Shown: piece after piece, positions 46,120-56,558 of the stretch
How the letters are laid out: each line of letters opens with the position of its first letter
How positions within the stretch are numbered: position 1 is the stretch's first letter
Source: a virus
DNA length: 64,000 nucleotides
Direction: 5' to 3' (one strand)
IMG/VR virus record: IMGVR_UViG_3300025528_000005
Span: 5,139 to 69,138 of that record
Made by a program: the position numbers and the translations under genes
The notes under the pieces: model-generated
The model's database searches: none
Seen by the model: only the letters and a program-made list of their open reading frames with translations
Told to the model about the DNA's origin: nothing

Positions 46120-48147
46120 TTATTTGTAGGCGGTGGTGCAAATCCTGTATTCCGTATCAGTCGTAGGGGCAGGAAGGTTTGGGATTTGTATTACGGTTTC
46201 CGAGCCGGGTTTGTAGATGGTCACGCGAGGTGAGCCATCGTGAACGATCGCAAGATAATTGCCGTCGGGACTGAAGGAGGCTCCGAAGCCATTCCCGGTT
46301 GGAAGCACATTCGGATCTGCCAGCTTCGTGAAGGTATCTCCATCGCGCTTGTAGATGGTCACGAAAGGTGAGTTAACGTGAGCGATCGCAAGATAATTAC
46401 CGTCGGGGCTGAAAGAGGCCCCTCGTCCATCTCCAGCTGGAAGCACATCCGGATTCGCCAGCTTCGTGAAGGTGTCTCCTTCACGCTTGTAGATGGTCAC
46501 GAAAGGTGAGTTAAGGTGAGCGATCGCAAGATAATTGCCGTCGGGGCTGAAAGAGGCTCCCTGTCCATTATTTCCAGTTGGAAGCACATCCGGATTCGCC
46601 AGCTTCGTGAAGGTATCTCCATCGCGCTTGTAGATGGTCACGTAAGGTGAGTTAAAGTGACCGATCGCAAGATAATTGCCGTCGGGGCTGAAGGAGGCCT
46701 TCCGTCCCTCTCCAGTTGGAATTACATCCGGATTCTCCAGCTTAGTGAAGGTGTCTCCTTCACGCTTGTAGATGGCTACGTAAGGTGAGCCATTGTGAAC
46801 GATCGCAAGATAATTACCGTCGGGACTGAAGGAGACTCCATTGCCATTACCGGGTGGAAGCACATTCGGATTCGCCAGCTTCGTGAAGGTGTCTCCCTCA
46901 CGCTTGTAGATGGTCACGAAAGGTGAGCTATTGTGACCGATCGCAAGATAATTGCCGTCGGGACTGAAGGAGGCTCCGAAGCCATTCCCGGTTGGAAGCA
47001 CATCCGGATTTGCCAGCTTCGTGAAGGAGTCACCATTGCGCTTGTAGATGGTCACGAAAGGTGGGCTAAGGTGAGCGATCGCAAGATAATTGCCGTCGGG
47101 GCTGAAAGAGGCCTTCCGTCCAGTATTGGATGGAAGCACATCCGGATTTGCCAGCTTCGTAGCCGAGCCCCAACTACTCTCCTCGACCCCAAACACCTCA
47201 TCCAACTCCGGATAAACCCCGAGCTCAAACGTATTCCCATTCGCAGGTATCCAAAGCGTTCCCGTGTCGACGTTCTTCCCGAACAATTCTACATCTCCAG
47301 GCTTGTTCTCACGTCGATCGGGACGGACGATGTGGTCGTTGACGGTCCTCGGTGCAGACGGGTCAAAGTCTTCGGTGTATCTAGCCACTCCAACTGTGAT
47401 CCGAAGATCGTCCATGTATCCTGTAAAGGAGAAATTTTCGCCTGAGTTGGACCTGTACAACTCTCCGATAGTCAAACGGGGAGTTTCTACCGAGAGACTG
47501 CCTGAATAGGAGGTAGAAGCTCTAAGGACCCCGTTGACGAAAATGTTGACCGTGCTTCCGCTTCGGACAAAAGCAAGATGAGACCAGGTATTAAGCGGGA
47601 TCGGTTGAGCTGATGTGACTGATAAGAGATGACTTAGGCCGTCGAAGAAATCAAGCGTTGGTACCGATGACCGAAGGTGAATCACGACAGTGCGCTCAGC
47701 GATCCGAAGTCCCCATTGGATGAGCTGAAGCCCTTGTGTTCCAAACACAAATGAAGAGGTCGGGTAGCACCATAGTTCGGCAGTAAAGTCCTTTGTGCCG
47801 AGATCGAGGTTTGAATCAACCTCTGTATAGATGCTAGACAGGTTCTGTCCGGCCTTGGTGAAGGAGCCGGAAGCCGAACCTGTTTTAAACTGAGCCGTAC
47901 TGATTGTCGTGCTCGTACCGTTGCGGGTGAAAGTCCGACCTCGAGAAGAGCTATCAGTGAACGTGGTTCCTCCATTAGGACCTTCGAACTCGAGCATAAC
48001 TTCTACTTGATCTGCGTAAGGATCGGAGGTTTGCCGGATGTAAGCCAGGCCGTCAGCGGTGTTGATAGCTACTTCGCCTAGCTCGAGGTCGTCGGTGGTC
48101 GGAACTTTGCCAGCGACGTTGGATCGCTTAAGTTTGATGGTTGCCAT
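46120..48147 (-). CDS. Fibre/receptor-binding protein: anchor + LamG-like + 7-blade beta-propeller
   Basis: Same modules as 43543-45573 in swapped order. Confidence 0.85.
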   Translation of the reverse strand: MATIKLKRSNVAGKVPTTDDLELGEVAINTADGLAYIRQTSDPYADQVEVMLEFEGPNGGTTFTDSSSRGRTFTRNGTSTTISTAQFKTGSASGSFTKAGQNLSSIYTEVDSNLDLGTKDFTAELWCYPTSSFVFGTQGLQLIQWGLRIAERTVVIHLRSSVPTLDFFDGLSHLLSVTSAQPIPLNTWSHLAFVRSGSTVNIFVNGVLRASTSYSGSLSVETPRLTIGELYRSNSGENFSFTGYMDDLRITVGVARYTEDFDPSAPRTVNDHIVRPDRRENKPGDVELFGKNVDTGTLWIPANGNTFELGVYPELDEVFGVEESSWGSATKLANPDVLPSNTGRKASFSPDGNYLAIAHLSPPFVTIYKRNGDSFTKLANPDVLPTGNGFGASFSPDGNYLAIGHNSSPFVTIYKREGDTFTKLANPNVLPPGNGNGVSFSPDGNYLAIVHNGSPYVAIYKREGDTFTKLENPDVIPTGEGRKASFSPDGNYLAIGHFNSPYVTIYKRDGDTFTKLANPDVLPTGNNGQGASFSPDGNYLAIAHLNSPFVTIYKREGDTFTKLANPDVLPAGDGRGASFSPDGNYLAIAHVNSPFVTIYKRDGDTFTKLADPNVLPTGNGFGASFSPDGNYLAIVHDGSPRVTIYKPGSETVIQIPNLPAPTTDTEYRICTTAYK

Positions 48148-48229
48148 ATGTATGGTTCTTTAAGGTGCTTCTTTGAAAGTGGCTATGTAGCCGAAGCACC
48201 CATATTTTAAGGCTTTGGTAGTCGGAGGT

Positions 48230-50260
48230 CTAGTAATCCAAGTAGGGCTCTGTAGGAGGCGTGAAACTCTCCGTATAACGGCCAACGCCTACGGTCACGC
48301 GGAGTTCGTCGAGGTAGCCTTGATAAGGATACGTTGGAGTAATAGATCCTCTATTAAGCTCTCCGATATAAAACGATGAAACCGCCGGAGTCAGACTTCC
48401 TGCGTATTCGTCTTCATCCTCCAAGACACCATCTTTAAACAATCTGATGACGCCATTTGATCTAGATACAGCTACGTGCGTCCAGGCGCCGGTAGGTACG
48501 GTCGTGGAGCTAGCGATGTCGACTACCGTTGATCCGGAGATAGAGGCAAAAAAGTTCAAAAGACCATTGGCCAACAATGAAATTCCACATGAAGTGGCAT
48601 TTAAGGTAGATATTATCTGACCTATATGAACCATTCGACCGTCGTAACCGGTGGGGCGCATCCAGAATTCAATTGTAAAATCCTTAGCGCCGATATCCAG
48701 ATTAGAATCCCACTCAACAAGCAGATGGCGGTTCTGATTGCTACCGGATAGAAACGCTCCAGACGCCGTGCCGTACTTAAACTGAGCCGTACTTGTCACA
48801 ATACTAGGCGTCCTCAATACAGTCCTGCCTCTCCGAGAGCTGTCCGGAAATATAGTTCCGTTGTTCTCACCATCGAAATGGAGTAGCAGTTCGACTTTAT
48901 CCCAATATGGATCTCCAGGCTCCCTTCCGGTATAGATGTAATAGGTCAACCTCGGATCCGGCGAAACATACTCCGGTACCTGAATGCTGACCTCTTCCGG
49001 AGTAGCCTTGTAGATGTTGACGAAAGGAGAGTTGGACGCCACGATAGCAAGAAATTGATCCGTCGCGCTAAAGGCTGCGCTTTGACCACCGGTACCTCCC
49101 GGCAGTACGTTGGGATCGGACAGCTTGCTGAAGGTGTCACCTGAACGTTCATATAGAGTGACGACTGGAGAAGCGCTATGCGCTACGGCCAGAACGGTTC
49201 CGGTCACGTTGAAGTCCACGCCATGAACTTCACCCGTCGGAGCAGTGTTTGGTCCAGATAGTTTCGTGAAAGTGTCTTCAGAGCGCTTGTAGATCGTAAG
49301 GTACGGATAAGTGTTGTGGCCAACAGCCAGGTAAATGCCGTCCGGAGTAAACGCCACAGACCGACCGTTCCCAGTGGGAAGACTGTCCGGATTCGACAGC
49401 TTGGTGAATTCATCCCCCTCCCTCTTATAGATCGTGACGTAAGGAGAGTTGTTATGAGCCGTTGCCAAGTACGTGTCGTCTGGGCTGAAAGCTACGCCAA
49501 GCGTATTGGCAGGAGGAAGGGAGCTTGGACTGTTTAGTTTGCTAAACGTGTCCCCATCTCGCTTGTAGACGATCAGATGCGGGGAGATATACGAAGACAC
49601 GGCAAGATAAGTGGAGTCGGAACTGAACGCTACTTCATGGCCTAGGCCATTAGGGATCACGTCTGGATCGTCAAGCTTGGTAAACTCGTCCCCTTCCCTC
49701 TTGTAGATGGTAATGTAAGGCGCATTGTCGTGCCCAACTGCCAGGTAAGCGTCGTCAGGACTGAAGGCTATAGCCCTCCCGGTGCCGGCCGGCAAATCAT
49801 CTGGATCTGGAAGCTTCGTGAAGGTTTCTCCATCTCGTTTGTAAATCGTGAGATATGGGGAATTACCGTGAGCCACCGCCAGATAGGTGTCGTCCGAGCT
49901 AAAGTCGACGCCATAAGCGGGTCCAGTCGGCAAGTCCCCTGGATTGGAAACCTTAGTCGCTAAATCCCAGCTGTAGATTGGATCTCCGAAGATCTCGTCT
50001 AACTTCGGGTATATTCCGCGTTCATACACACTGCCATCTGCCGGAATCCACTCCGGAGCCCCGTATGCAGGATTTCCGGAGAGAATGATGTCTCCCGGCT
50101 GGTTGTTGGCCGTGTTTTTGATTTGAACAACCCCACTGCTTTTCTTGATGAACATCCGGCCGTCGGCCGTGTTGATGGCAACCTCGCCAAACTCGAGGTC
50201 GTCCACAGTCGGCACCTTTCCAGGCACCGCGGATCGCTTCAGTTTTACAACGCTTGTCAT
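48230..50260 (-). CDS. Fibre/receptor-binding protein: anchor + diverged beta-propeller + LamG-like
   Basis: Seven diverged FS.D..YLA repeats; LamG motifs. Confidence 0.85.
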   Translation of the reverse strand: MTSVVKLKRSAVPGKVPTVDDLEFGEVAINTADGRMFIKKSSGVVQIKNTANNQPGDIILSGNPAYGAPEWIPADGSVYERGIYPKLDEIFGDPIYSWDLATKVSNPGDLPTGPAYGVDFSSDDTYLAVAHGNSPYLTIYKRDGETFTKLPDPDDLPAGTGRAIAFSPDDAYLAVGHDNAPYITIYKREGDEFTKLDDPDVIPNGLGHEVAFSSDSTYLAVSSYISPHLIVYKRDGDTFSKLNSPSSLPPANTLGVAFSPDDTYLATAHNNSPYVTIYKREGDEFTKLSNPDSLPTGNGRSVAFTPDGIYLAVGHNTYPYLTIYKRSEDTFTKLSGPNTAPTGEVHGVDFNVTGTVLAVAHSASPVVTLYERSGDTFSKLSDPNVLPGGTGGQSAAFSATDQFLAIVASNSPFVNIYKATPEEVSIQVPEYVSPDPRLTYYIYTGREPGDPYWDKVELLLHFDGENNGTIFPDSSRRGRTVLRTPSIVTSTAQFKYGTASGAFLSGSNQNRHLLVEWDSNLDIGAKDFTIEFWMRPTGYDGRMVHIGQIISTLNATSCGISLLANGLLNFFASISGSTVVDIASSTTVPTGAWTHVAVSRSNGVIRLFKDGVLEDEDEYAGSLTPAVSSFYIGELNRGSITPTYPYQGYLDELRVTVGVGRYTESFTPPTEPYLDY

Positions 50261-50305
50261 ATATAGACTGTTTCAAACCCTCCTATATAGGAGGGGCTTG
50301 CTCCT

Positions 50306-53300
50306 TTAGAAAGTACCGCCGTCAATCTCATCGAGACTGACTTCAACCCAAGTTCCGTTCTGACGGGCATAGAGCTTGCCGTCTTCCGGAGCCTCGCCGA
50401 CCTGTCCGACGACTTCAGTCCATTCTCCGTCTTGACGGGCATATTGCTTGCCGTCTTGAGGAGCGTCAGGAATGCCGGCTTCAATGTCGTCCGGGATTTG
50501 CTCGATAGGAATCTTACCATCCGAATCCAGCGTAGCGACGCCATCAGCAACGCCCTTCTCGGACGCCGGAATCATCTCCTCGAGCGCCGTCCAATCCCCA
50601 TCCTGACGGACGTATTGATTGCCGTCTTGAGGAGCGTCAGGAATGCCAGCCTCAATGTCGTCGGGGATCTGCTCGAGCGGAATCTTCCCGTTTTCATCCA
50701 GAGTAGCGACGCCTTCAGGCGCCCCCTTCTCGATGGCATGAATGTACTCATCGAGTTGAACCCAGATACCGCTTTGGCGAACGTATTGCTGGCCGTCAAG
50801 CGGAGCTTCGGTAACGTCGAGCGCCTTCCACTGTCCATTCAGGCGGACATACTCGACATCATCATGGTTGGCATCGTAGACGTTACCGCCACCCAAATGG
50901 CCGAGCAGAGCCCAAGAGGTCGTGCTGACCTTCAGGTAGTAGGCGTTGCTCAGGGTGTTGATGAAAAGGTCGCCCTCGGAACCGTCAACCGGACCTGGGT
51001 CACGATCCAGGGCAATCCAACGGTTTCCAGGATCACCCTTGTCGCCTTTATCACCCTTGTCACCCTTCTCCCCTTGAGGGCCAGGAATACCTTGAGGCCC
51101 TCGCTCGCCTTGCGGACCTTGGATGACGCCGAGATCCTCGTATTCCTCCCCGGTCCAACCCCAGAAGTGTCCGTCGATCAGGTAACCTTCGCCGATAATG
51201 CCATCCTCGGGAAGCTCTGAAGGATCGTCGAGCTTACCAAGAATGGAAATGCCCGGACCCATCGGGCCTTGCTCTCCCTGAGGCCCTTGCTCTCCTTGCG
51301 GCCCCGGCTCACCTTGCGGCCCTTGCGGACCCTCTGGACCCTGCGGGCCAACCAGGCTAGCCAACCACTCTTCTACAGAGCCAATGTTCGGGTCGGCTTC
51401 CCGGGCAACTTCATAGGCGGACTTACCCTCCGGACCCTGAAAGTCACCCATGTTCTCCCAGTTGTTGTCGATCCAAACCCAGAGGTTCGCATCGACAAAG
51501 TACGCATCTCCATCGACGTTGGAGCCGGTCGGCAGGTCATCTGCGGACTCGAGCGTGCCCTTCAGGGACAAACCTACTCCCTGGTCCCCTTTTTCTCCTT
51601 TCAGAGAGTCCAGCCACTCTTGAAGAGTGCCAGAAAAGCCTTCCTGAACGGCGAGTTCATAGGCTGACAGGCCGTCCGGGCCTTGTTCGCCTTGAGGACC
51701 TTGTTCGCCCTGAGGGCCCTGAACGGGACCGAGGTTCTCCCACTCTTCGCCCGTCCAGCCCCAGAAGTCTACGCCGATGATATAACCATCACCGAACTCT
51801 CCGGTTCCTGGAAGTTCTGATGGATCGTCCAGCTTGCCAAGGATATGTATGGCCGCGCCCATGGGGCCTTCCGGGCCTTGAGGTCCAGGAGGACCTTGTT
51901 CTCCTTGAGGCCCTTGAGGCCCCGGAGGACCTTCAGGACCCTGAGGACCTTGCGGCCCAGGAGGACCTTGAATGCCCTGAGGACCAGCCGGGCCCTGAGG
52001 ACCCATTTCCCCTTGAGGTCCGGGATCTCCCTTCTCTCCCTTCTCGCCTCGAGGACCTTGCTCGCCTTGCGGACCCTGTGCGCCGTCCTCGCCCTTGAGG
52101 CTGTCAAGCCACTCTTGCTCCGTTCCAACGAAGCCGTTCGCAACTGCGATTTCATAGGCGGACATGCCTCGGAACGGGCCGACGTTATGCCACTGCCCTT
52201 CGAGGTAAATGTACAGGTCGGTATCGACAACATAGGAGTCGCCTTCTTCAGGCTCTTCCGGCAGGTCGTCGGTGGTCTCGACAATGCCCTTGATCTCGAG
52301 GCCTTTACCTGGATCACCCTTGGCACCTTGCATGCCAGGATTGCCCTGAGGGCCTCGGAGAGATTCGAGCCAGTCTTCGATCGTGCCGACAAAGCCATTG
52401 TCAACGGCGACCTGGTAGGCAGACATGCCGTCTGCACCTTTGAGACTTTCCAGCCACTCTTCTTCGCTGCCGATGTTCGGGTCGTTCTCGAGGGCGATTT
52501 CATAGGCGGACTTGCCGGGATCCCCTTTAAGCGAAGCTACCCACTCAGAGCGAGTTCCTTCGAATCCCTCTTGAACGGCGACTTCGTAGGCGTCATAGCC
52601 TCGATCTCCCTTGTCACCCTTAGGACCCTGCTCGCCCTGAGGCCCCTGTTCACCTTGAGGGCCTTGGATGGGGCCAACATCCACCCACTGAGTGGAATCC
52701 CAGACGAAGAGGTTCAGGCCAATGAAATAGGCATCGCCTGGCTCTGCGTCTTCTGGCAGGTCTTCTTCAGAGTCGACCTTACCAAGCACCGTGATGGCGT
52801 TGGCAGGATCACCCTTGTCACCTTTATCGCCTTTGTCTCCTTTCTCACCCTGCGGACCTTGAGGACCGACGAGGGACTCCAGCCAGTCGCTCAGAGTTCC
52901 GTTAAACCCTTCCTGAACGGCAAGTTCATAGGCACTCAGACCATCAGTGCCGTGAAGCGATGCCAGATATTGACCAAGTGTGGTGCCTGGAGGAATAGCT
53001 CCGGAGTTCAAGGCAAGCTGATAGGCTGACTCACCCTTCAAGGAGTTCAGCCATTGATTCAGCGTCACCGACGGGTCGATGAAGCCGGAATCCTTGGCCA
53101 GCTGATACGCGGACTTACCTTCTGGGCCGACCTGGCCAACAGGAGACCACCGTTCGGTGTCCCACACCCACATCACATAGTTGATGATGTAGGCGTCACC
53201 AGATTCGTTACCGAATTGAGGCAGAAGATCAACCGATGGGAACGAACCGAGGATTCGCAGACCGATGCCGTCCTTGCCCTTCAGGGATTCCAACCATTCT

Positions 53301-55120
53301 TCGATGGTTCCAGAGAATCCCTCTTGCACGGCAACTTCGTAGGCCGACAGCCCCGCCGGACCTTGCACGTCACCAACGTCGACCCATTCTGGGCCAATAC
53401 GGCACCAGAAGTGATGGTCGATGATATAGGTATCGCCCTCCTGGACGGTCGACGGGTCAGGCAGCAGATCGGTGCTGCTCAGCGTGCCGAGAACACGAAT
53501 ACCGACTCCGGGATCGCCCTTTTCACCCTTTTCCCCTTGAGGGCCTTGAGGGCCTGGAGGACCCATTTCACCCTGAGGGCCAGCCGGGCCTACAGGACCT
53601 TGAGGACCGGGATCCCCCTTGTCTCCTTTATCGCCCTTATCGCCTTTGTCACCCTTAGGACCTTGAGCGCCGTCAGCTCCCGGAGGTCCAGGCTCGCCCT
53701 GAGGGCCCTGAGGCCCAGGAGGTCCTTGAACACCCGTAAACTGACCGTAAGACTGCCAGCCGTTTTCTGGCGTCCAGCCGATGATCTTCAGGCTTTGATC
53801 GCCTTCAAGGCCAACCGGGACGTCTTTATTCTCACGAAGGTCTCCTTCTGGGTTGACGACGAAGACGAACGGAACGCCGTCGGTTTCGACGAGTTCAATC
53901 AGATCTTCATCGAGGTTTCCGTACCCGTCCGGAATCAGGCCAGCGCCTTGAGGTCCCTGCGGGCCCATTGGGCCTGTCGGACCAGGAGGACCTGCAGGGC
54001 CTCGTGGACCCTCTGGACCTTGCGGGCCCTGCGGTCCCATCGGGCCCTGCGGACCTTGTGGCCCTTGAGGTCCCGGAGGACCTTCTGGACCTTCCGGACC
54101 TTGCGGCCCAGGAGGACCCTGTTCGCCTTGCGGACCTTGAGGCCCTTGCGGTCCAGGAGGACCCTGTTCGCCTTGAACGCCCGTGAATTGGCCATAGGAG
54201 CGCCAGCCATTCTGCGGGCTCCATCCAATAATGTTGCGGCTCTGATCGCCTGCCAGCGTAGCAGGAACGTTGTGATTGGTGCGGTAGTCCCCGTCCGGAT
54301 TAACGACGAAAACGAAATCGACGCCCCCTGCTTCGACCTGAGACATAAGCAGGTCTGTGAGATCACCATAGGCGTCGGGAATCAGCCCCGCACCGCGAGG
54401 ACCTTGCGGACCCTGAGGACCTTGAGGTCCAGGAGGGCCTTGCTCGCCCTGAGGTCCAGGAGGACCTTGAAGGCCTCTGGGTCCACGCTCACCCTGAGGA
54501 CCCGGCGGGCCCTGCTCACCTTGCGGGCCTGCGACACCGGTGAACTGGCCATACGACTGCCAGCCGTTTTCTGGCGTCCAGCCGATGATCTTCAGGCTTT
54601 GATCGCCTTCAAGTCCTTCCGGAACATTGAAATCAGCACGGAGATCGCCTCCGTTGTTGACGACGTAGATGTACCGCTCGCCAGCGGTTTCGACTTGTTC
54701 GATCAGCTCGTCGGTCAGGTCTCCGAAACCGTCCGGAGTAAGAGCCGTGCCCGGGGGTCCTTGTTCCCCTTGTGGGCCCTGAGGACCTGGCTCACCTGGA
54801 TCCCCCTTTTCTCCCTTGAGAGATGCCAGGAAGTCTTCAACAGTTCCTTCGTTACCTTCGTCAAGCCAGGCTTGATAAGCCGATTCGCCTTTCAAGGAGG
54901 CAAGGAAATCCTCGACGGTTCCTTCGTTGCCCTCCTCGAGCCAGATTTCGTAGGCGCTTTTACCGTCTTCGCCCCTATTCAGCTCCTGGATGTTCTCAAC
55001 AGCGTTTTTGATGATGTTGATATTGGTGGAGAGATCCAGAAGCGGGCGATTGTCGACAGTGTAGTGATAGGCGTCGTCTTCGGTGTGATAGCGGACAGGG
55101 ATGAGATCGATTTTGGCCAT
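50306..55120 (-). CDS. Collagen-like long fibre protein
   Basis: Multiple (Gly-X-Y)n tracts, G.SAYE.A...GF.GT..EWL.SL modules, DAP.DG..Y.R..G.W repeats. Confidence 0.9.
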   Translation of the reverse strand: MAKIDLIPVRYHTEDDAYHYTVDNRPLLDLSTNINIIKNAVENIQELNRGEDGKSAYEIWLEEGNEGTVEDFLASLKGESAYQAWLDEGNEGTVEDFLASLKGEKGDPGEPGPQGPQGEQGPPGTALTPDGFGDLTDELIEQVETAGERYIYVVNNGGDLRADFNVPEGLEGDQSLKIIGWTPENGWQSYGQFTGVAGPQGEQGPPGPQGERGPRGLQGPPGPQGEQGPPGPQGPQGPQGPRGAGLIPDAYGDLTDLLMSQVEAGGVDFVFVVNPDGDYRTNHNVPATLAGDQSRNIIGWSPQNGWRSYGQFTGVQGEQGPPGPQGPQGPQGEQGPPGPQGPEGPEGPPGPQGPQGPQGPMGPQGPQGPEGPRGPAGPPGPTGPMGPQGPQGAGLIPDGYGNLDEDLIELVETDGVPFVFVVNPEGDLRENKDVPVGLEGDQSLKIIGWTPENGWQSYGQFTGVQGPPGPQGPQGEPGPPGADGAQGPKGDKGDKGDKGDKGDPGPQGPVGPAGPQGEMGPPGPQGPQGEKGEKGDPGVGIRVLGTLSSTDLLPDPSTVQEGDTYIIDHHFWCRIGPEWVDVGDVQGPAGLSAYEVAVQEGFSGTIEEWLESLKGKDGIGLRILGSFPSVDLLPQFGNESGDAYIINYVMWVWDTERWSPVGQVGPEGKSAYQLAKDSGFIDPSVTLNQWLNSLKGESAYQLALNSGAIPPGTTLGQYLASLHGTDGLSAYELAVQEGFNGTLSDWLESLVGPQGPQGEKGDKGDKGDKGDPANAITVLGKVDSEEDLPEDAEPGDAYFIGLNLFVWDSTQWVDVGPIQGPQGEQGPQGEQGPKGDKGDRGYDAYEVAVQEGFEGTRSEWVASLKGDPGKSAYEIALENDPNIGSEEEWLESLKGADGMSAYQVAVDNGFVGTIEDWLESLRGPQGNPGMQGAKGDPGKGLEIKGIVETTDDLPEEPEEGDSYVVDTDLYIYLEGQWHNVGPFRGMSAYEIAVANGFVGTEQEWLDSLKGEDGAQGPQGEQGPRGEKGEKGDPGPQGEMGPQGPAGPQGIQGPPGPQGPQGPEGPPGPQGPQGEQGPPGPQGPEGPMGAAIHILGKLDDPSELPGTGEFGDGYIIGVDFWGWTGEEWENLGPVQGPQGEQGPQGEQGPDGLSAYELAVQEGFSGTLQEWLDSLKGEKGDQGVGLSLKGTLESADDLPTGSNVDGDAYFVDANLWVWIDNNWENMGDFQGPEGKSAYEVAREADPNIGSVEEWLASLVGPQGPEGPQGPQGEPGPQGEQGPQGEQGPMGPGISILGKLDDPSELPEDGIIGEGYLIDGHFWGWTGEEYEDLGVIQGPQGERGPQGIPGPQGEKGDKGDKGDKGDPGNRWIALDRDPGPVDGSEGDLFINTLSNAYYLKVSTTSWALLGHLGGGNVYDANHDDVEYVRLNGQWKALDVTEAPLDGQQYVRQSGIWVQLDEYIHAIEKGAPEGVATLDENGKIPLEQIPDDIEAGIPDAPQDGNQYVRQDGDWTALEEMIPASEKGVADGVATLDSDGKIPIEQIPDDIEAGIPDAPQDGKQYARQDGEWTEVVGQVGEAPEDGKLYARQNGTWVEVSLDEIDGGTF

Positions 55121-55201
55121 GTTTAATTCTATTAAGACCCAGTAATACTCGGGTCAGCGTTCCTATGTATTATAGCCCGTTGAGGAGTGAAAAAGCCCGG
55201 A

Positions 55202-56521
55202 TTGACACCCCCCGCCCTAAAGGACGGGGATTCCCACTTCACTGAAGCCAGCCAGTGCGCACTTACATGCACACAGGACTTACAGCTTCTCCATGGGCTG
55301 ACACCGCCAGTCCGGCGGCCAAAACATTGCGGGCGGCGTTTATGTCACGATCGTGGATTGATCCACATTCCGGACATACCCACTCACGCACGCTGAGCGG
55401 CATCTTTGGCATGGTGTATCCGCAATCAAAGCAACGCTTTGACGACGGATACCACCTGTCGATGCCTATCAATTCACGCCCGTACCAGCGGGCCTTGTAT
55501 TCCAGCTGCCGAACGAATTCAGACCAGCCTGCATCGCTAATAGACTTCGATAGGCAACGGTTCTTCTGCATGTTCGACACGGACAAGCTCTCAATGGCGA
55601 TCACTTGGTTCTCGTTTATCAGCCTGGTTGATAGCTTGTGCAGGAAGTCCCTGCGAGCATCCGCGATCTTCGCATGCAAACGTGCAACTTTGAGCCTTGC
55701 CTTCTCTCGGCGGTTCGATCCCTTGGCCTTTTTGGCGAGCCGCCGCTGTAGCTTCGCCAGCTTCTTTTCATACCTGCGGAACGTGTTTGGTGCAGCGACC
55801 TTCTCACCAGTAGAAAGAATGGCGAAGTGAGTAAGTCCAAGATCAACACCAACCTTTCCATTCGAGGCAGGCTTCTTGGCGACCACATCGTCGCAAAGCA
55901 GGCTCACGAAGTACCGTCCGGCGGAGTCCTTGCTGACCGTCACGGTTGTGACCTTGGCGGCCTTCGGTATCTGGCGCGACCATCGAACGGCCAGCGGCTC
56001 GCTCATCTTCGCCAGCTTGAGCGACCTGCCATCCCACTTGAACGCGCTTGTCGTGTACTCCGCCGATTGAGGTCCATTCTTCCGCTTGAATTGCGGGTAG
56101 CCGGCACGCTTGGCAAAGAAGTTGGCGAATGCGGATTGCAAGTGGCGAAGCGCCTGCTGTACAGGGACGCTGGACACTTCGTTGAGCCAAGCGTATTCGG
56201 GCTGCTTTTTGAGCGCCGTAAGCGCCGCAGAAGTTTCGTGGTATCCGATGCGCTCCCGCCGCTGCATCCATGCATCCGTCCGAAGACGAAGCATGTAGTT
56301 GTAAGCAAAGCGAGCGCAACCGAACGTCTTGGCAAGAATCATTTCTTGCTCAGGCGTCGGATAAAACCTGAATCTGTATGCTCGCTTGATTTCCATTCAC
56401 ACATTATACTTGATCTGTGTAAAGATAGCCAGCCAAACGGAGGATGTGAGAGGAAGGGGCACGCTTGGCGTGCCGCGCTATCCCTCCTCGGCATGAATAC
56501 CGGGGTCTCTCGCTCAGAACG
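55202..56521 (-). mobile_element. IS200/IS605-family element, TnpB only (no TnpA)
   Basis: Right end finishes ...GGGTGTCAA with subterminal hairpin; left-end hairpin 56486-56505; TTCAT target; splits a terminator. Confidence 0.85.
55263..56396 (-). CDS. tnpB: RNA-guided nuclease TnpB
   Basis: AYRFRFYPT; GVDLG, IESL, DRDINAA RuvC motifs; CFDC..CPEC zinc finger. Confidence 0.97.
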   Translation of the reverse strand: MEIKRAYRFRFYPTPEQEMILAKTFGCARFAYNYMLRLRTDAWMQRRERIGYHETSAALTALKKQPEYAWLNEVSSVPVQQALRHLQSAFANFFAKRAGYPQFKRKNGPQSAEYTTSAFKWDGRSLKLAKMSEPLAVRWSRQIPKAAKVTTVTVSKDSAGRYFVSLLCDDVVAKKPASNGKVGVDLGLTHFAILSTGEKVAAPNTFRRYEKKLAKLQRRLAKKAKGSNRREKARLKVARLHAKIADARRDFLHKLSTRLINENQVIAIESLSVSNMQKNRCLSKSISDAGWSEFVRQLEYKARWYGRELIGIDRWYPSSKRCFDCGYTMPKMPLSVREWVCPECGSIHDRDINAARNVLAAGLAVSAHGEAVSPVCM

Positions 56522-56558
56522 ATGAACCCCGGGCTTTTCTTCGGCTAGACGCGAATAA

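Noticed and set aside
44330-47160. Diversity-generating retroelement acting on the propeller repeats
   Set aside because: NNT/NNC codons are suggestive, but silent-site adenines (CCA, TCA) are invariant and no RT or template repeat is in the window; not excluded genome-wide
16785-55126. Long antisense ORFs (e.g. 16785-18470, 51845-53029, 53054-55126)
   Set aside because: Shadow frames of well-supported genes caused by codon bias
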